DNA of 64,000 bases. Source: an uncultured Desulfatitalea sp. (lineage in GTDB: Bacteria > Desulfobacterota > Desulfobacteria > Desulfobacterales > Desulfosarcinaceae). The notes under the pieces were generated by a model, which ran no database searches, was not told where the DNA came from, and worked only from the letters and a program-made list of their open reading frames with translations. Below are positions 59,500 to 64,000 of the stretch, in pieces (positions within the stretch are counted from its first letter, which is position 1; the number at the start of each line of letters is the position of its first letter). The stretch spans positions 1,056,001-1,120,000 of the forward strand of contig CAXXMB010000001.1 in assembly GCA_963668675.2 (NCBI GenBank). Reading direction: 5' to 3'. Both the position numbers and the translations under genes were made by a program.

Positions 59500-60786
59500 T
59501 CAGAAAGGATGCTTGGTTTTCGGGGTACCATTGGCGCACCCATTGCTTGATTGGCACCCCACGTGTTGAATGATATCCCAAGCCGCTTTACCGGCGCTCT
59601 CGATGCATTCGGCAATACTCATTGGCCCTAAGGCAGCCCCAGCTGTGAAAATGCCACTTGGCAATGCATCGGAGGAGGCATCGTGCATCTTGAAAAATCC
59701 ATCTTCCGTGAGTTCGATATCCAACAGTCGTGCCAGCTGCCGGCTGTCAGCCGATGGTGTAAGGCCGACCGAAAGGACCGCCATGTCATAAGGCTCCTCT
59801 ATGGATTGATTGGATCGGGTGTCGAAATAGGCCAACTGGAGCGTACCGTCTTCAGCCGCAACGATTCCGCCGGGCACGGCCCTCACCAGACGGACCTGCT
59901 CACTGATGCGGTCGTAGTATGTCTGAAAGTCTTTACCAAAACTTTGAATGTCGATGTAGAAAAAGGTGACAGCGGTATCGGGACGCTGGTGCAGCACGAA
60001 ACCGGCCATTCGTAAGGCAGAACCACAGCATATTTTAGAGCACCACGGGTGGCCGATGCGGTTGTCGCGACTGCCGACGCACTGGATGAATGCGATTCGT
60101 TCGGGCGCCTTGCCATCTGAGGGTCGAATCAACGCTCCGTGCTCCAGTAGAAGCCGATCAGCGTCCAGACTGGTGATCACGTCAGGAAAACGCCCGTATC
60201 CATAGGGCTTTTCCGTTGGGTCGTAAGGGACAAATCCGGAGGCCAGCAATAAGGCGTCGACCTTCAACTCTCCGGATGTTTCCACAGCGTTCAATTCGAT
60301 GGCATTATTCGGGCAGGCGTCGCGGCAACGGGTGCAGGATTGGTCATTAAAGTATCGGCACTGTTCTGGCCGCAGGAGCACTTGCGGCCCCGCAGTCGTG
60401 TCATGGGTTCTCTGTAGCGCACCGGTTTGGGGGCATTCGGGCAGGCAATCACCGCAACCATCACAGCGCGCGATATCAATGCAGACCGGTTGTTTCCGGT
60501 ATTCCAGCGTAAAGCCGTCCTTCCGATCCACATACTCGATGCGTGCGTCGGAGAGCATATGAACGGCTTCGATACGGGAGATTCGCGCCAGGCGATCCTG
60601 AACCATGCACGCACCGCACGTTACACACGCCTGTGTCGCCTTGCAGCTGAGGCGAGCGGCATGTCCACCCAAATAGGGCGACTTCTCGACAATGGTAACG
60701 GAGAGCCCGCTAAGAGCCAACTCTTGGGCAGCGGCAATTCCAGTAACGCCGCCCCCAATAATGGCGACACGCTTCTTTTCGATCAT
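59500..60786 (-). CDS. HdrA-like FAD/Fe-S protein
   Basis: IIGGGVTG, YGYGRFPDVIT, AFIQCVGSRD...CSKICC and GIFTAGAALGP motifs. Confidence 0.9.
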   Translation of the reverse strand: MIEKKRVAIIGGGVTGIAAAQELALSGLSVTIVEKSPYLGGHAARLSCKATQACVTCGACMVQDRLARISRIEAVHMLSDARIEYVDRKDGFTLEYRKQPVCIDIARCDGCGDCLPECPQTGALQRTHDTTAGPQVLLRPEQCRYFNDQSCTRCRDACPNNAIELNAVETSGELKVDALLLASGFVPYDPTEKPYGYGRFPDVITSLDADRLLLEHGALIRPSDGKAPERIAFIQCVGSRDNRIGHPWCSKICCGSALRMAGFVLHQRPDTAVTFFYIDIQSFGKDFQTYYDRISEQVRLVRAVPGGIVAAEDGTLQLAYFDTRSNQSIEEPYDMAVLSVGLTPSADSRQLARLLDIELTEDGFFKMHDASSDALPSGIFTAGAALGPMSIAECIESAGKAAWDIIQHVGCQSSNGCANGTPKTKHPF

Positions 60787-60846
60787 CTATGACAGCCTCC
60801 AGGCACATAAAAGAGCTGGTGCGTCCGAAGATGAATCACGAAAGGG

Positions 60847-61359
60847 CTAGTGAACTGATAGATAGTCGGACACTATCTCCTCGATGCGCTGCTGAATGAA
60901 TTGGCATAACGCCTCTGCTTCCTGCATGGTAAGAGAGGAAATCCCCTCCGACAGAGCCGCCACTCTATCCTCTTCCAAGCCAACGATTTTGTTGATCAAA
61001 AAGGAATCAACCTCACCATCATCGAGCAGCAGACCACACCCTCCGGCGGCACCGAGGAAGGTGCCGTTTACCGATATGGGAACCACCACCTTGACCATTC
61101 CGGCATCGCACTCTTCGATGACCGGTTGGCCGCTCTGTTTGGCCTGATTGGCCAGGTTCATATGAGCGGTAGCACATATGAAGCTCTGCCCCTTTGGTTC
61201 GGCTTTAATCTCAGGGCAAAGGCGATTTGGCCAGCGTGGGTTTTGATTGATACGAATCCCGTCAATATCGTAAACTGCCGGGTTCAAACCGGAACGTTCG
61301 TATATGTCATCTTCAAGTGCAGCCCATCTCTCTAAAGGGCAAATATCCACCAATTCCAT
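60847..61359 (-). CDS. Stand-alone PocR ligand-binding domain protein
   Basis: LCPEIK...FIC...ECDAGMVKVVVPI...LGAAGGC. AAGGAG RBS. Confidence 0.85.
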   Translation of the reverse strand: MELVDICPLERWAALEDDIYERSGLNPAVYDIDGIRINQNPRWPNRLCPEIKAEPKGQSFICATAHMNLANQAKQSGQPVIEECDAGMVKVVVPISVNGTFLGAAGGCGLLLDDGEVDSFLINKIVGLEEDRVAALSEGISSLTMQEAEALCQFIQQRIEEIVSDYLSVH

Positions 61360-61533
61360 CAACTTCTCCTTTCGGTGCCTATCTTTGTTCCCCTTTGTTA
61401 CATGTCTTACCATCTTATGCCCCCATCTTATGCCCATAGATTAGAAAATTCAAGTGAATGGAACGGTCAGTTTAGCAGCATCCGCCGTTGACAATCAAAT
61501 CAGAGAAAGCTTGACGTTGAGACCGGTTTTTGA

Positions 61534-62517
<984 letters not shown>

Positions 62518-62642
62518 CACAACGTCCGCCAGTTCAGCGATAGCCACAACATATAGTATCTATTACATTCTAAATATACCTTATAAGGTGTTCCGAATGA
62601 GAGTTATCCATCTCTCTTTCCGTGTCTTCGCCACCGCGGATG

Positions 62643-63476
62643 TCATCGCGATCCGTTCAGATAGCGATCATCCAGGTAACGTCGAACCAGAGGCAGATCT
62701 GTCTCCTGAGGCGGGGAAAAACCAAAAACACTTTCGAGGAAGGCCTGGGTGATACGATAAGTTGCCCCCCAGAGCATCTCACTTCCCTGTTCATCCTCAT
62801 GAATGTAACAGGGAAAATCGACGTGACGAAGTTGCTTTGCATCACCGTTGCGGGGAGTGTTCACCATGGGGCGAAAACGTCCATATCGATTGGGATCGAG
62901 CAGTTTGCGGATGGGGATGGATATGATGCGCTCGACCTCCCAATTGGGTTTAAGTGCGTGGTAACTGGTCGAGCCCACGATGGGAAAAATGACCCGATCG
63001 AACATCACCAGTTGCTGACTGGGAAGCATCCCAAGAAAATTGAATCGAACCGGATTGAGGCGCATCTCCTCCCAGGCTTCACGAAGGCCCGTCGCCAATA
63101 GGAGAGATAGCGCACGACTGTTAGCGCCGAAATGTTTTTGCCAGAGCGGCCAGTTGTCCCATTGGCGAAACGGCGTGCCCGGCACCTTTAACAATTGGGC
63201 TAAAAGACGATCCACTCCCCACGACACTCCACCGCCTGGGCAGCACAAATCACCAGCCTGACGCACCTTTACAGAGCGTTTGTTCAGGATTAGGCAGGGT
63301 TCCGACTGCACGCCGCCGCAAGGGCTGATAACAAAAAGCACCACTGAAGCGCGTTTCAGTGTGCCGGAGTCGAGATGGGACAGTCCGTTCGAGGCCTCCC
63401 CACCCAATTGCGCCCTCGCGTGGTGCATAAAAAGGTCCTGGTCGCTTAAAAGCGCGGCTGTTTTTTGGATGTCCAT
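62643..63476 (-). CDS. NUDIX CoA-pyrophosphatase-like protein
   Basis: KRS..VRQAGDLCCPGG, GLREAWEE, PNWEVE and LWGAT motifs. Confidence 0.85.
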   Translation of the reverse strand: MDIQKTAALLSDQDLFMHHARAQLGGEASNGLSHLDSGTLKRASVVLFVISPCGGVQSEPCLILNKRSVKVRQAGDLCCPGGGVSWGVDRLLAQLLKVPGTPFRQWDNWPLWQKHFGANSRALSLLLATGLREAWEEMRLNPVRFNFLGMLPSQQLVMFDRVIFPIVGSTSYHALKPNWEVERIISIPIRKLLDPNRYGRFRPMVNTPRNGDAKQLRHVDFPCYIHEDEQGSEMLWGATYRITQAFLESVFGFSPPQETDLPLVRRYLDDRYLNGSR

Positions 63477-63482
63477 GCGTTC

Positions 63483-64000
63483 CTATGGTTTGTAGACCTT
63501 CATTCCCTGAGCGGCGTCCTGAACCACGTATCCTTTGGACTGAATTTCGTCGCGCAACTGGTCTGAGAGGTCCCACTGTTTCTCTTCTCGTGCACGTTGG
63601 CGGGCATCTACAAGTGCCTGGACGTCATCCGGCAACGCCTGATGAGCGGCAGACTTTTCGAGATCAAGCCCCAATACGCGATCGAAATCAAATACAGTGG
63701 CCAGTTTGACTTCCGGAGAAAGTTCCGATTTGAGCAAATCTTGAACCACGGCCAGCGCCCGGGGCATATTGAGGTCGTTATTCAGTGCCTCAAGAAATCT
63801 GGACCGATAGGCAGCATCGACTTCTGATGCCTTGGCATCATGCCGGAGGGTACGGACCTGGTTTCGTAGATGCTGCAACCCGTTTTGGGCCGCCTCGATG
63901 GCCTCGGAACTAAACTCCATTGGTTTGCGATAGTGGGTCTGGAACGCTGCAAAACGGTAGGCCAGGGGATCCAGATCGTTCTTGCGCAGCGTTGCGTCCA
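63483..64000 (-). CDS. cysS: Cysteinyl-tRNA synthetase, C-terminal part (5' end beyond window)
   Basis: DPLAYRF...THYRKPMEFS, DALR domain (NDLNMPRAL) and RQRAREEKQWDLSDQLRD. Confidence 0.93.
   Translation of the reverse strand, partial: DATLRKNDLDPLAYRFAAFQTHYRKPMEFSSEAIEAAQNGLQHLRNQVRTLRHDAKASEVDAAYRSRFLEALNNDLNMPRALAVVQDLLKSELSPEVKLATVFDFDRVLGLDLEKSAAHQALPDDVQALVDARQRAREEKQWDLSDQLRDEIQSKGYVVQDAAQGMKVYKP

Overview
Bacterial window, most likely a sulfate-reducing Desulfobacterota (Desulfobacterales-like; inferred from HdrA/MvhD/HdrD-type genes, Sec usage and PAS hybrid kinases). The left part (1 to ~26 kb) is visibly AT-richer and looks accessory. It holds a 5'-truncated WD40-caspase gene built from near-identical 126-bp repeats with hypervariable codons, a DUF4384-like membrane partner, a decayed OmpA gene, IS4/ISL3/IS21 remnants, a group II intron 5' fragment nested in ISL3, a sigma54-driven small Cys-rich gene, an ArsR-ArsP-thioredoxin-(2Fe-2S)-rhodanese-TauE operon, collapsed arsC/acr3 remnants, two MITE-like copies and signalling genes. 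The right part is GC-richer core genome: lpxD, aceEF-lpdA, pgm, UPF0182, an orphan DNA methyltransferase, an acidic repeat membrane protein, sixA, hslO, dus, a PocR-hdrA-hdrA/mvhD-hdrD-like cluster, argF and cysS. Two in-frame UGA codons split by the ORF track are probably selenocysteine. All family assignments come from motif recognition by eye; no searches were run.
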